Of a stretch of DNA of 64,000 bases, positions 50,981-60,150 are shown in pieces (positions within the stretch are counted from its first letter, which is position 1; every line of letters starts with the position of its first letter). A program made the position numbers and the translations under genes. The DNA is from an uncultured Actinomycetota bacterium. Lineage in GTDB: Bacteria; Actinomycetota; Actinomycetes; JAHEKZ01. The notes beneath the pieces were generated by a model. The model was not told where the DNA came from and ran no database searches. It worked only from the letters and a program-made list of their open reading frames with translations. The DNA lies in assembly GCA_963718235.1 (NCBI GenBank), contig CAVQYR010000001.1, positions 32,001 through 96,000 on the forward strand, given 5' to 3'.

Positions 50981-51250
50981 ATGACCTGGCAGGACGACGC
51001 ATCCTGCATGACCGTCGACCCGGAGCTGTTCTTCCCGGTCGGCACCACCGGCGACGCCGTCGTGCAGGTCGAGGCCGCCAAGGCGATCTGCCGTTCCTGT
51101 CCGGTGGCCGGGTTGTGCCTGGAGTTCGCCCTGGCCAGCCGGCAGGACTTCGGCGTGTGGGGCGGTCTGAGCGAGGAAGAACGTCGTTCGCTTCGCCGGT
51201 CGCGCCAGCGGGCGGCCCGACGCCAGGCCCAGTCCCCCGTCGCTGCCTGA
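50981..51250 (+). CDS. whiB: WhiB family Fe-S transcription factor (WhiB1-like)
   Basis: C..DPELFFPVG, AKAICRSCPV..C, GVWGGLSEEER; AGGAGG RBS. Confidence 0.92.
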   Translation: MTWQDDASCMTVDPELFFPVGTTGDAVVQVEAAKAICRSCPVAGLCLEFALASRQDFGVWGGLSEEERRSLRRSRQRAARRQAQSPVAA

Positions 51251-51265
51251 GGTAGCGTCGCCGGT

Positions 51266-51961
51266 GTGCCCGGCACCCTGGCCCTCGTCGGATCCGGTGA
51301 GTACCTCCCCGTCATGCTCGACGTCGAGCGCGCGCTCCTCGCCGGGCAGCCGCCCCGCTACGTCCAGGTCGCCACAGCCGCGGCCCCGGAGGGTGAGTCC
51401 AGCCTCGAACGGTGGCGCCGCCTCGGGCAGGAGCAGGCCGACCGGCTCGGGGTCACCGCACACTGGCTCCCGGTGTTCGACCGCCATTCCGCCGACGACC
51501 CCGCCGTTGCCGAGCAGGTGCTCGGCGCTGGGCTGATCTACCTCTCCGGCGGCAATCCCGCCTTTCTGGCCAAGACCTTGCACGACACGGCCGTCTGGCG
51601 GGCCATCGTCGACACCTGGACTGCCGGGGCATCCCTCGCCGGGTGCAGCGCAGGAGCGATGGCGCTCACGTCGTGGATCCCCAGCATCCGGCGTCCAGGT
51701 GGCCAGCCCACCCAGGGCTTGGGACTGCTGTCGCACGTGCGGGTCATCCCACACTTCGACAAGATGCTCGGCTGGGCGCCGGACCTGCTGACCCGGACCC
51801 TCCTGCACGCCCCTGAGGGGACGACCGTGCTCGGCATCGAGGAGGACACCGCCGCGGTGGGCGGCCCGAGGCAGTGGGTCGTGCACGGACGCCAGTCCGT
51901 CTTCACCCTGGGGCACGGGCATCGCGTCGAGCACGTCTCAGGCGAGAGAATCGACACATGA
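51266..51961 (+). CDS. Peptidase S51 / cyanophycinase-like GATase1 protein
   Basis: LALVGSGE, YLSGGNP, GCSAGAM, IPHFD, GIEEDTA. Confidence 0.85.
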   Translation: MPGTLALVGSGEYLPVMLDVERALLAGQPPRYVQVATAAAPEGESSLERWRRLGQEQADRLGVTAHWLPVFDRHSADDPAVAEQVLGAGLIYLSGGNPAFLAKTLHDTAVWRAIVDTWTAGASLAGCSAGAMALTSWIPSIRRPGGQPTQGLGLLSHVRVIPHFDKMLGWAPDLLTRTLLHAPEGTTVLGIEEDTAAVGGPRQWVVHGRQSVFTLGHGHRVEHVSGERIDT

Positions 51962-52947
51962 GCACCCTCATCACCACTGACGTGGTCGAGGCGGCCGCCT
52001 CGCTTCGCAACGGGGGCCTGGTCGCCTTCCCCACCGAGACCGTGTACGGGCTGGGAGCCGACGCCACCAACGACGCCGCCGTCGACCGGATCTACGTCGC
52101 CAAGGGGCGCCCGGTCGTCCACCCGGTGATCGTGCACGTCCTCGACGTCGCGGACCTGGACACGTGGGCCGAGCAGGTGCCGGACTACGCACGCGACCTG
52201 GCGACCGACCACTGGCCGGGCCCACTGACCCTCGTGCTGGCCCGCCGGTCCGGCCTCGGTGAGCGAGCCGCAGGGGGCGCCGCGACCATCGGGCTGCGCA
52301 GCCCGTCCCACCCGGTCGCCCGGGCTCTGCTGGCTGCCTTCGGCGGCGCGATCGCCGCGCCTTCGGCCAACCGGTTCGGTCGGGTCAGCACCACGACCGC
52401 AGCCCACGTGGTGGCCGAGCTCGCCGACGTGCTCGACCCGACCATCGACCGGATCCTCGACGGTGGGCCGTGCGACGTCGGCGTCGAGTCCACGATCGTC
52501 GACTGCACGGGTGAGCGTCCGCGCCTGCTTCGCTCCGGTCAGGTCACCGTGGAGCAGGTCGAGGCCACGACCGGGTTGTCGGTCGAGGCCGGCCACGGGG
52601 TGAACCCAGCCCCAGGAACCCTGCCCGCGCACTACGCGCCCGACGCACTGGTCGTGCTGACCGAAGGCGACGGCGTCGACGACCAGCTGGCCGCGATCGC
52701 CGCCGAGCACCCGGGCGCCCGCGTGGGCCTGCTGGCGCGAGACGTCGTCGCCGACCGACCCGGAGTGCTCCGGCTGGCGGCCCCCAACGACTCCGAGGCG
52801 TACGCCCGGGTGCTCTTCGCCGCCCTGCGCGCTGCCGACGACGCGGCACTCGACGTGGTCGTTGCCGTACCGCCACCGGACGAGGGAGTGGGCAGCGCCG
52901 TGGCGGACCGGCTGCGACGGGCGGCACACGGCACCATGGCGTCGTGA
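51958..52947 (+). CDS. sua5: Threonylcarbamoyl-AMP synthase (Sua5 type)
   Basis: AFPTETVYGLGA, KGRP, WPGPLT, APSAN, GVESTIVD, PG...HYAP. Confidence 0.93.
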   Translation: MSTLITTDVVEAAASLRNGGLVAFPTETVYGLGADATNDAAVDRIYVAKGRPVVHPVIVHVLDVADLDTWAEQVPDYARDLATDHWPGPLTLVLARRSGLGERAAGGAATIGLRSPSHPVARALLAAFGGAIAAPSANRFGRVSTTTAAHVVAELADVLDPTIDRILDGGPCDVGVESTIVDCTGERPRLLRSGQVTVEQVEATTGLSVEAGHGVNPAPGTLPAHYAPDALVVLTEGDGVDDQLAAIAAEHPGARVGLLARDVVADRPGVLRLAAPNDSEAYARVLFAALRAADDAALDVVVAVPPPDEGVGSAVADRLRRAAHGTMAS

Positions 52948-54443
52948 GCGCGGCCGATTCGTCCACCGGGGTCGTCTTCTCGACGGTCGACGGCGTCCGC
53001 AGCTCGACCGCGACCGGACGCGCCATCGTGTCGGCCGCCACCCGCGAGGTGGACACTGCCGCCTCGACCGCGGCAGCCGGTGAGGCCCACTGGCGCCAGC
53101 ACTACCTCGGCCACTTCAGCACCCTCACCCGGCTGGAGGCCCAGCAGCACGCGCTGCGGATCGCCCAGTCCGGACTCGCCGCGGTGCACGAGGGGTTCGC
53201 GTTCGAACGCGGCCCGGAGCCGGCCCCGCTGGACGTGGCGATCGGGCGGGCCGACCCGACCCGGCCGGAGCTGCGGACGGCGACGGTTCGCGGCGCAGGG
53301 TCGTCGGGCCTGCGCGCGCTCTCCGTTCCCTACCGCGGGGGACGGGTGGCTGGCACCGAGCTGTCGGCGCAGCTCGACCGCTGGGTGGGGTCCGGAACCG
53401 TCGAGCCGTCGTTCGCGACCGCGATGCAGTCCGTGCAGGACAACCCGGACTGGCTCGACCTAGCCGACCTGACCGTCGTCGTTCTGGGTGCCGGCTCGCA
53501 GATGGGTCCGCTCGTGTCGCTGCTGGGCTGGGGGGCGCACGTCGTCGCCGTCGACCGACCCGACCCCGACCTGTGGTCGCGCCTGACCCGCCTCGCCAAG
53601 GAGACCCCCGGCACGTTGTCCCTGCCGGTACGCGGGCCGGCGGCGGCCGACGACGCGACGCTGGCCGAGCACGCCGGCGTCGACCTCGTCACCGAGCTGC
53701 CCGAGGTCAGTACCTGGCTGGAGCAGGTCGAGGGGCCGTTCACTCTCGGCAGCTACGTGTACGCCGACGGGGCCGAACACGTGCGGGTCAGTGTCGCCGT
53801 CGATGCGCTCACCCAGCGGCTGTTGGACGCCCGAGACGACGTCTCACTGTCCTTCTTGGCGACCCCGACCGACGCCTACGCCGTGCCCGTCGACGTCGTC
53901 GAGTTCTCTCGGCAGCGATTCGCCGACCGAAGCAGCTGGTCGGTGGCCGCCCACGGACTGTCCGCCGGACGGCTGTTCTCCGCCCAGTACGCCGATGTCG
54001 CGACGAACGACGAGGGAGAGCGATTCGGCATCTGCGACGCGTTGGTCGGGCAGCAGGGGCCCAACTATGCGTTGGCCAAGCGCATCCAGCGGTGGCGGGC
54101 GACGTCGGCGCGGCTGCGCGGTCGCCTCGTCTCGATCACCGTCGCTCCGGCCACGCGCACCCGCTCGGTGGTGCGCAACCGGCTGCTCGCGGCGGCCTAC
54201 GCGGGGGCGCCGCGGTTCGGCCTGGAGGTCTTCAGCCCGTCGACGTCCAGCACCCTGATGGCCGCCATGCTCGTCCACGACCTGCGGTCGAGCCGGTCCT
54301 CGGCCCAGCCCACGGTTCCCCTGCCGGAGCCCTACCGGCTGTTCGTCGACGGCGCCGCCCACGGGGGCATGTGGCGCAGCGGCTTCGCCCCCCGCTCAGT
54401 CCTGTCCACCGCCGCCGTCCTCGGTCTGGTCACCCACCCCTGA
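52944..54443 (+). CDS. Conserved hypothetical protein with Rossmann-like motif
   Basis: 499-aa ORF overlapping the sua5 stop; VLGAGSQMGP, YADG, QQGPNYALAK. Confidence 0.75.
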   Translation: MSAADSSTGVVFSTVDGVRSSTATGRAIVSAATREVDTAASTAAAGEAHWRQHYLGHFSTLTRLEAQQHALRIAQSGLAAVHEGFAFERGPEPAPLDVAIGRADPTRPELRTATVRGAGSSGLRALSVPYRGGRVAGTELSAQLDRWVGSGTVEPSFATAMQSVQDNPDWLDLADLTVVVLGAGSQMGPLVSLLGWGAHVVAVDRPDPDLWSRLTRLAKETPGTLSLPVRGPAAADDATLAEHAGVDLVTELPEVSTWLEQVEGPFTLGSYVYADGAEHVRVSVAVDALTQRLLDARDDVSLSFLATPTDAYAVPVDVVEFSRQRFADRSSWSVAAHGLSAGRLFSAQYADVATNDEGERFGICDALVGQQGPNYALAKRIQRWRATSARLRGRLVSITVAPATRTRSVVRNRLLAAAYAGAPRFGLEVFSPSTSSTLMAAMLVHDLRSSRSSAQPTVPLPEPYRLFVDGAAHGGMWRSGFAPRSVLSTAAVLGLVTHP

Positions 54444-54452
54444 CCCTTGCTC

Positions 54453-54471
54453 ACGATCAGGTTTGCTGATC
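54453..54471. repeat. 19-bp palindromic repeat ACGATCAGGTTTGCTGATC, copy 1
   Basis: Identical 19-mer at 56596-56614. Confidence 0.8.
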
Positions 54472-54942
54472 ATCGGCGGAAGGGCGGGGGCGGCGGCGGG
54501 GGGTGGGGACGAACCGGGGGGTCGTAGCCGCGTACGCCGGGTAGTCGGGGTAGCGCGCCGTCAACAGCTGCTCCTCGTAGCGCGCCTTGGCGGTCATCCA
54601 GGCAGTCAGCGCCACGGCCAGGGCCAGTCCCACCCACAGCATCGCCCGGAGCCCGAGGCCCCAGCCGATCAGCAGCACTCCGCTGTAGATCGGGTGGCGC
54701 ACGAACCGGTAGAGCCCGTTGGTCCGAAGCCGCGCACCGTCGCGGGGATGCGGGGACGGTGTCAGCGCCTCCCCGAGGTGCAGGCCGGCGACCACGAGGA
54801 CGACCCCACCCACGACCATCAGCCCGTACCCGAGCGGATGGAGCCACTGGACGTCGATCGTCGGGCCCACCGCCGCCGAGGGCAGCACCACCAGCGCAGC
54901 CAGCAGGGCGAACTGGCCCGCGACGAACGCCCATGCCCTCAC
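54457..54942 (-). CDS. Isoprenylcysteine carboxylmethyltransferase / PEMT family protein
   Basis: GLYRFVRHPIYSG, EEQLL..YP.Y..Y...TPRFVP. Confidence 0.88.
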   Translation of the reverse strand: MRAWAFVAGQFALLAALVVLPSAAVGPTIDVQWLHPLGYGLMVVGGVVLVVAGLHLGEALTPSPHPRDGARLRTNGLYRFVRHPIYSGVLLIGWGLGLRAMLWVGLALAVALTAWMTAKARYEEQLLTARYPDYPAYAATTPRFVPTPRRRPRPSADDQQT

Positions 54943-55055
54943 GGCCGACGACTCTGCCGTACCGCGCAGATCGGGGCCAGCCCGTGCCGGCTTGGCCGGG
55001 CGATGCGCCGACTGTCGACGGGACGTGGACGCTCCGCTGGCTGACAGCGACCAGC

Positions 55056-55448
55056 TCACCGAGCACGTAGCACGGAACGGATCATCGGCAGCTGGAGCGG
55101 AACTCGCAGCCACGCGATGGTCTTGTGCGTCGCCGTCGTCCGGTCGTCACGCTGCACCTGAACCGCGTAGTACCAGTTGCCCGGCCAGACCGCGACAAGC
55201 AGGGCGGCGGACGCTGGGCCGGCCCAGCGCCGGTGAGTGAGCAGGCCCACAGCGCAGGCCAGCTCGGCCACACCGCTGGACGAGATGATGACCCGCGGCG
55301 CAGGCAGACCCGGAGGCATCAGGCGATCGAACGCCGACGGCCTCACCAGGTGGACGACACCGCTGACGACGAAGGCCAAGGCGACGACCGGCACCGCTTC
55401 ATGATGCCCTGCCCACGGCTTGCCGGCATGTCCAGTGTGATCGGCCAT
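55056..55448 (-). CDS. DoxX-like membrane protein
   Basis: SGVVHLVRP, SGVAEL, VWPGN, RVPLQLP; start uncertain. Confidence 0.75.
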   Translation of the reverse strand: MADHTGHAGKPWAGHHEAVPVVALAFVVSGVVHLVRPSAFDRLMPPGLPAPRVIISSSGVAELACAVGLLTHRRWAGPASAALLVAVWPGNWYYAVQVQRDDRTTATHKTIAWLRVPLQLPMIRSVLRAR

Positions 55449-55465
55449 GTGGCAGGCTCGACCAG

Positions 55466-56588
55466 GTGACGCACGATCTGCACCCGCATGCTCCGCTTCG
55501 ACTGGGCGACACTCCTCTGCCGCTCATCGACAAGGCCCGCATCTACGTCTGCGGCGTCACGCCCTACGACGTCACGCACCTCGGGCACGCGGCGACGTTC
55601 GTCTGGGTCGACGCCGCGACCCGCGTGCTGCGCCACATCGGCATCCAGACCGAGGTCGTGCGCAACGTCACCGACGTCGACGACGTGCTGACCGACGCGG
55701 CCCGGCTGGCCAACACGCCCTTCGACGCCTACGCCGCCATGCACCAGTACCAGTTCGACCACGACATGTCGCTGCTCAGCGTCCGGCGCCCCGACCACGA
55801 GCCGCGAGCCCACACCTACGTGCCCCAGGTCGTCGCGCTCAGCCAGGCGCTGGTCGACCGGGGCGCTGCCTACGAGCGCTCAGGGTCGGTGTACTTCCGC
55901 GGGGCGAGCGTGCCCGCGGCTCATGGGATCGGCGACGACGACGCACTAAGCGATGTGCGCGGAGTTCGGTGAGCAGCCCGAGGACCCGGACAAGGCACAC
56001 CCCTTTGACGTTCCCCTGTGGCGGGCGTCCGGGCCGGGCCAGCCTTCCTGGCCCAGCCCTTGGGGTCCGGGGCGCCCCGGCTGGCACGCCGAGTGCACCG
56101 CCATGGCGTTGAGCGTGCTCGGTTCCAGCGTCGACCTGCACGCGGGCGGCGCCGACCTGCGCTTCCCGCACCACGCGTTCGAGTCGGCCCAGGCGGAGGC
56201 AGCCACCGGCGTCACCCCGTTCGCGCGGGCGTGGATGCACGTGGGCACCGTGCGCGTCGACGGCGCCAAGATGGCCAAGTCCACCGGGAACCTGGTCCTC
56301 GTCGACGACCTCGTCCGCGACCACCGCCCGGCCGCCCTGCGGCTGATGCTGCTGGACCGACCGTGGCACCAGGCGTGGGACTACCAGCCCGAGCTGCTCG
56401 ACTACGCCGAACAGCGGCTCGACTCCCTGTACTCCGCGGCCGGCCGCCGGGCCGACGACGAGCAAGCCGAGCAGGCGATCGTCGACCTGCTGCTGGCCGA
56501 CCTCGACGTGTCCGCCGCCCTGGACACGGCCCTGGAGGCCGGCGGCCGGGCCGCCCGCACCCTCGCCGCCGTCCTGGCCCTCAGTTGA
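55466..56588 (+). CDS. MshC/CysRS-like class I ligase, split by a frameshift near 55950
   Basis: YVCGVTPYD.THLGH, NVTDVDD; then GRPGWHAEC, GGADLRFPHH, KMAKSTGN; no anticodon domain. Confidence 0.85.
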
Positions 56589-56595
56589 GCGGTCG

Positions 56596-56614
56596 ACGAT
56601 CAGGTTTGCTGATC
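56596..56614. repeat. 19-bp palindromic repeat, copy 2
   Basis: CGATCAG-GTTTG-CTGATCG hairpin after the MshC-like stop. Confidence 0.8.
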
Positions 56615-56723
56615 GTGAGAGGGCAAGGCGGGTCGTAGACCACCGGCAAAGCCACCTCCCGGCCAGGAAAGCCCCCCGCGTGGCCCAGTCAAGGGCAAGC
56701 GGCCGAACGACGATGATGACCCC

Positions 56724-57596
56724 ATGTCCCGTCCGCGCCTGCCCGGCCCGCGCACCCGCGCCGCCGCCCTGACCGCGGCCGCCCTGCTCCTCGGCGCCTC
56801 GGCCCTCGCCGCTGTCACGCTCGGTGCCCCCGCGCTCGCCGCACCCGTGCCTTCCGCGGAGACCGCCGCGACCGCGGCCGCAAGGGGCGCTTCGGTCGCC
56901 CCCTCGTCGAGCCGGCAGGCCGCGGCCCGCCCCCTGCCCGACCGGCTGAACAGCCTGCACAGCGCCCGCCAGGCCGTCGTCGTCACGACCAAGAACTGGT
57001 CGACGTCCTTCGCCCGGCTGCAGGCCTGGCAGCTCGGCAGCGACGACGTCTGGCGTCAGGTCATGGCATCCACCCCGGCCCGGGTCGGCTGGAACGGCTT
57101 CGCACCCGAGGCCACCCGCATGCAGAACTCCGGAGAGACGCCCGCCGGATCGTTCCGGCTGCTGCGCGGCTTCGGCGTCGTCGACCCCGGAGGGGTCACC
57201 CTGCCGTACCGGGTGCTCGACGCCAACGACTGGTGGCCCTACGACCCCACGGACCCCAAGACCTACAACGTCATGCAGCAGCGGCGTCCGCCCACCGCCG
57301 ACTGGCGTACGTCGTGGGCCGAGGACCTCGACAGCTACCGACAGCAGTACCGCTACACCGTCGTGCTCGACTACAACCTGCCCACCGGCATCTCCAGGAC
57401 TGCCAGCGGGGAGCGCATCGCCGCTTCGCCTGCAGACACCCGCAAGGGCGGCGGCATCTTCCTGCACGTCAACGGGTCGGGCGCCACAGCAGGCTGCGTC
57501 TCGGTGCGCCGCTCCGACATGCGCTGGCTCCTTCGCTGGCTCGACCCCCACGATGCCCCCCGCATCGTCATGGGCCCCCGCGGCACCCTGCGCTAG
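56724..57596 (+). CDS. Secreted L,D-transpeptidase (YkuD-like)
   Basis: Signal peptide, TPAG.F, GIFLHV...ATAGCVS. Confidence 0.85.
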   Translation: MSRPRLPGPRTRAAALTAAALLLGASALAAVTLGAPALAAPVPSAETAATAAARGASVAPSSSRQAAARPLPDRLNSLHSARQAVVVTTKNWSTSFARLQAWQLGSDDVWRQVMASTPARVGWNGFAPEATRMQNSGETPAGSFRLLRGFGVVDPGGVTLPYRVLDANDWWPYDPTDPKTYNVMQQRRPPTADWRTSWAEDLDSYRQQYRYTVVLDYNLPTGISRTASGERIAASPADTRKGGGIFLHVNGSGATAGCVSVRRSDMRWLLRWLDPHDAPRIVMGPRGTLR

Positions 57597-58108
57597 TCGA
57601 CGCGCCCGTCGACTCGCATCCGCCGCAGCACCCGTCGCAGCCGCAACCGGTTGTACCTCTGCACCGCGATGCACGGAAGGTTCGAGCCCGCCGCGACGCA
57701 GACGTGGACCGGGGCCGCCCACCAGGGGTTCCACAGCATCGGGACGGCGACCCCGCAGGCGACCGCCCAGTGGGTGAGCTCGGCACGTCGGGTCTCGACC
57801 ACGAACCGTTGCAGGACCTCACGTTGGCCACCCGCAACGTCGCGTTTGGCAAAGCCACCCCGGAACAAGCCTCCCGCCTCGGGAAGTCGCTCCTTCCATC
57901 GCTTGATGCGTAGGGCCTCCTCGTACCAGCGCCCGTCAGCTTCGAAGGCCCGTGGGGCTGTGACGACGTCGTCTCGGGCGAAACGCTCGTCGCTCACCCG
58001 ATGGAAGGCGTAGCCGCACGCGAACGTCCAGGCGGGCCAGAAGCCGATGTTTCCGGCGAGCACGGCCCACCACGGCAGTGGGCCCACGGGGGTCTTGACG
58101 CGTTGCAC
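57593..58108 (-). CDS. CrtO-like (glycosyl-carotenoid acyltransferase-like) protein
   Basis: IKRWKERLPEAG, ETRRAELTHW, NLPCIAVQRYNR; start uncertain. Confidence 0.7.
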   Translation of the reverse strand: MQRVKTPVGPLPWWAVLAGNIGFWPAWTFACGYAFHRVSDERFARDDVVTAPRAFEADGRWYEEALRIKRWKERLPEAGGLFRGGFAKRDVAGGQREVLQRFVVETRRAELTHWAVACGVAVPMLWNPWWAAPVHVCVAAGSNLPCIAVQRYNRLRLRRVLRRMRVDGRVD

Positions 58109-58153
58109 GAGGTCAGTCCACCACGGGCCGTAGGGGCTGCGTACGGTGGACCG

Positions 58154-59047
58154 GTGCGCGCCGCGGTCGTCGTCAACCCGACGAAGTTCCCAGACCTCAT
58201 GGCAGCGCGCGCCCGTTTGGACCTCGCTGTCCAACAGCTCGGCTACGAGACACCCCTATGGGTGCCCACGACTGCCGAGCAGCCAGGCACGGCGCAGGCA
58301 CGGGAGCTCGTCAGCACCGGGGTCGATCTGATCCTGGTCTGGGGGGGCGACGGGACCGTCAACGCCGTGGCCGACGGCATGATCGGCAGCCGGGTGCCGC
58401 TCGGTCTCCTGCCCGGTGGAACGGGCAACCTGCTCGCCCGAAACCTCGGCGTCCCCCTGTACCTCAGCGGATCGGTGCGCACCGCGTTCCTGGGCCAGGA
58501 CCGCTCCATCGACACCTTGGCCGTCTCGCTCGGGCACGGAGAGGTCCGAACGTCACTGGTCATGGTCGGCACCGGCTGGGATGCCGCCATGATGGATGTC
58601 AACGAGTCGCTCAAGCAGCGCATCGGCTGGGCGGCGTACGCCGTCGAGGGGGTCAAGCAGTTCCGCGAGCACCCCCTGCGGATGCGGATCAGCGTCGACG
58701 GCTCGCCCCCGATCCGGTACTACGGCCGGACGTGCCTCGTGGCCAACGTCGGCACCCTCGTGGCCGGCCTGCAGCTCGTCCCCGAGGCCGTGGTGGACGA
58801 CGGACTGCTCGACATCCTCGTGCTCGACCCGACGCGTCCTGCGGCCTGGGCCAAGACGACGTGGACCCTGGCGCGGGGCAAGTCCCCGGCGAACGCGGCG
58901 TCTCGGACCCTCTTGCAGGGACGTGAGGTAGTGGTCACGACCCATGCGCCACGCTCCCGCCAGATCGACGGCGACCTGGTGGACCCCGGTCACGGCTTCC
59001 GGGTGAAGGTCCGTCCGCGGTCACTCGTCGTGCGCGTCCCGCAGTGA
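58154..59047 (+). CDS. Diacylglycerol/lipid kinase family protein
   Basis: VVNPTK, GGDGTV, PGGTGNLLARNLG, DDGLLD, QIDGD. Confidence 0.92.
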   Translation: MRAAVVVNPTKFPDLMAARARLDLAVQQLGYETPLWVPTTAEQPGTAQARELVSTGVDLILVWGGDGTVNAVADGMIGSRVPLGLLPGGTGNLLARNLGVPLYLSGSVRTAFLGQDRSIDTLAVSLGHGEVRTSLVMVGTGWDAAMMDVNESLKQRIGWAAYAVEGVKQFREHPLRMRISVDGSPPIRYYGRTCLVANVGTLVAGLQLVPEAVVDDGLLDILVLDPTRPAAWAKTTWTLARGKSPANAASRTLLQGREVVVTTHAPRSRQIDGDLVDPGHGFRVKVRPRSLVVRVPQ

Positions 59048-59081
59048 GCGAATCGGCCGGGAGCACAATCGCAGAAGGGTC

Positions 59082-59116
59082 AGGACCTAGGTCCTCTAGG
59101 TGAACGGCAGGTGAAC
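59082..59116 (-). promoter_or_regulatory. Reverse-oriented PHO-box pair plus perfect palindrome upstream of the second pit
   Basis: Minus strand GTTCACCTGCC-GTTCACCTAGA (59116-59095); AGGACCTAGGTCCT at 59082-59095. Confidence 0.65.
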
Positions 59117-59133
59117 AGGGAACACTGCACCGG

Positions 59134-60150
59134 GTGGACCTAGCCCTGTACCTCGCGATCGGACTCGCCTTCGCCTTCGCGCTGACCAACGGCTTCCACG
59201 ACGCCTCCAACGCCATCGCCACCCTGGTGGCCACCCGCGGCGCCACCCCCGGACAGGCCGTCCTTCTGTCGGCGACGTTCAACATGCTGGGCGCCGTCCT
59301 GCTCGGCACGGCCGTGGCCGACACGATCGGCAAGATCGTGCAGGTACCGGCCGACGAGACCGTCCTGGTCGTCGGGGCCGGACTCGCCGGCGCCACATCG
59401 TGGAACCTGATCACCTGGTGGCGCGGCCTGCCCTCCAGCAGCGGTCACGCGCTCGTCGGTGGCCTGGTCGGTGCCGCGCTCGTCGAAGGCGGAGCCGACG
59501 CCGTCAACTGGGGCGGGATGGACGGCCTTCACCCGGTCGGGGTCTGGGGCACGCTCATCGCCCTGCTGGTCTCCCCACCGATCGGCTTCGCCGGTGGCTG
59601 GCTGCTGGTCGTCATCCTGCGACGGGCGTCTCGACGCTGGTCGAACCGCTGGCGTGGGCCGGTGATCAGCGGCGAGTGGGCGGCCGCCGCCGGCCTCTCG
59701 TACTCCCACGGCGCCAACGACGCCCAGAAGGCGATGGGCGTGATCGCCGCCCTGCTGCTCGGCGCCGGGGTCACCGACGACCTCACGGTGCCGCTGTGGG
59801 TCAAGGTGACCACCGGCCTCACCCTCACTCTGGGAACTGCGGCCGGTGGGTGGCGCATCGTGAAGACGGTGGGCCGACGCATCTACGACATCAAGCCGCT
59901 GGACTCACTGGCCTCCCAGTCGTCGTCGACCGGGGTCATCTTCACCGCCTCGATCCTGGGGGCGCCGGTCAGCACCACCCAGATCGTCGCGTCCTCGGTC
60001 ATCGGCTGCGGTGGCGGCCGACGACGCTGGCGGCACGTCCGCTGGCAGGTCGTGAAGGAGATGGGCATCGCCTGGATCACCACGATCCCCGCAGCCGGCC
60101 TGCTGGCCGTGCTGTACTTGTATCTCGCGAAAGGGGTGGCGGCGCTGTGA
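59134..60150 (+). CDS. pit: Inorganic phosphate transporter (Pit family), second copy
   Basis: NGFHDASN, PSSSGHA, HGANDAQK, PVSTTQ. Confidence 0.93.
   Translation: MDLALYLAIGLAFAFALTNGFHDASNAIATLVATRGATPGQAVLLSATFNMLGAVLLGTAVADTIGKIVQVPADETVLVVGAGLAGATSWNLITWWRGLPSSSGHALVGGLVGAALVEGGADAVNWGGMDGLHPVGVWGTLIALLVSPPIGFAGGWLLVVILRRASRRWSNRWRGPVISGEWAAAAGLSYSHGANDAQKAMGVIAALLLGAGVTDDLTVPLWVKVTTGLTLTLGTAAGGWRIVKTVGRRIYDIKPLDSLASQSSSTGVIFTASILGAPVSTTQIVASSVIGCGGGRRRWRHVRWQVVKEMGIAWITTIPAAGLLAVLYLYLAKGVAAL

Noticed and set aside
51266-51961. True cyanophycinase
   Set aside because: Only generic S51 motifs and no cyanophycin synthetase nearby
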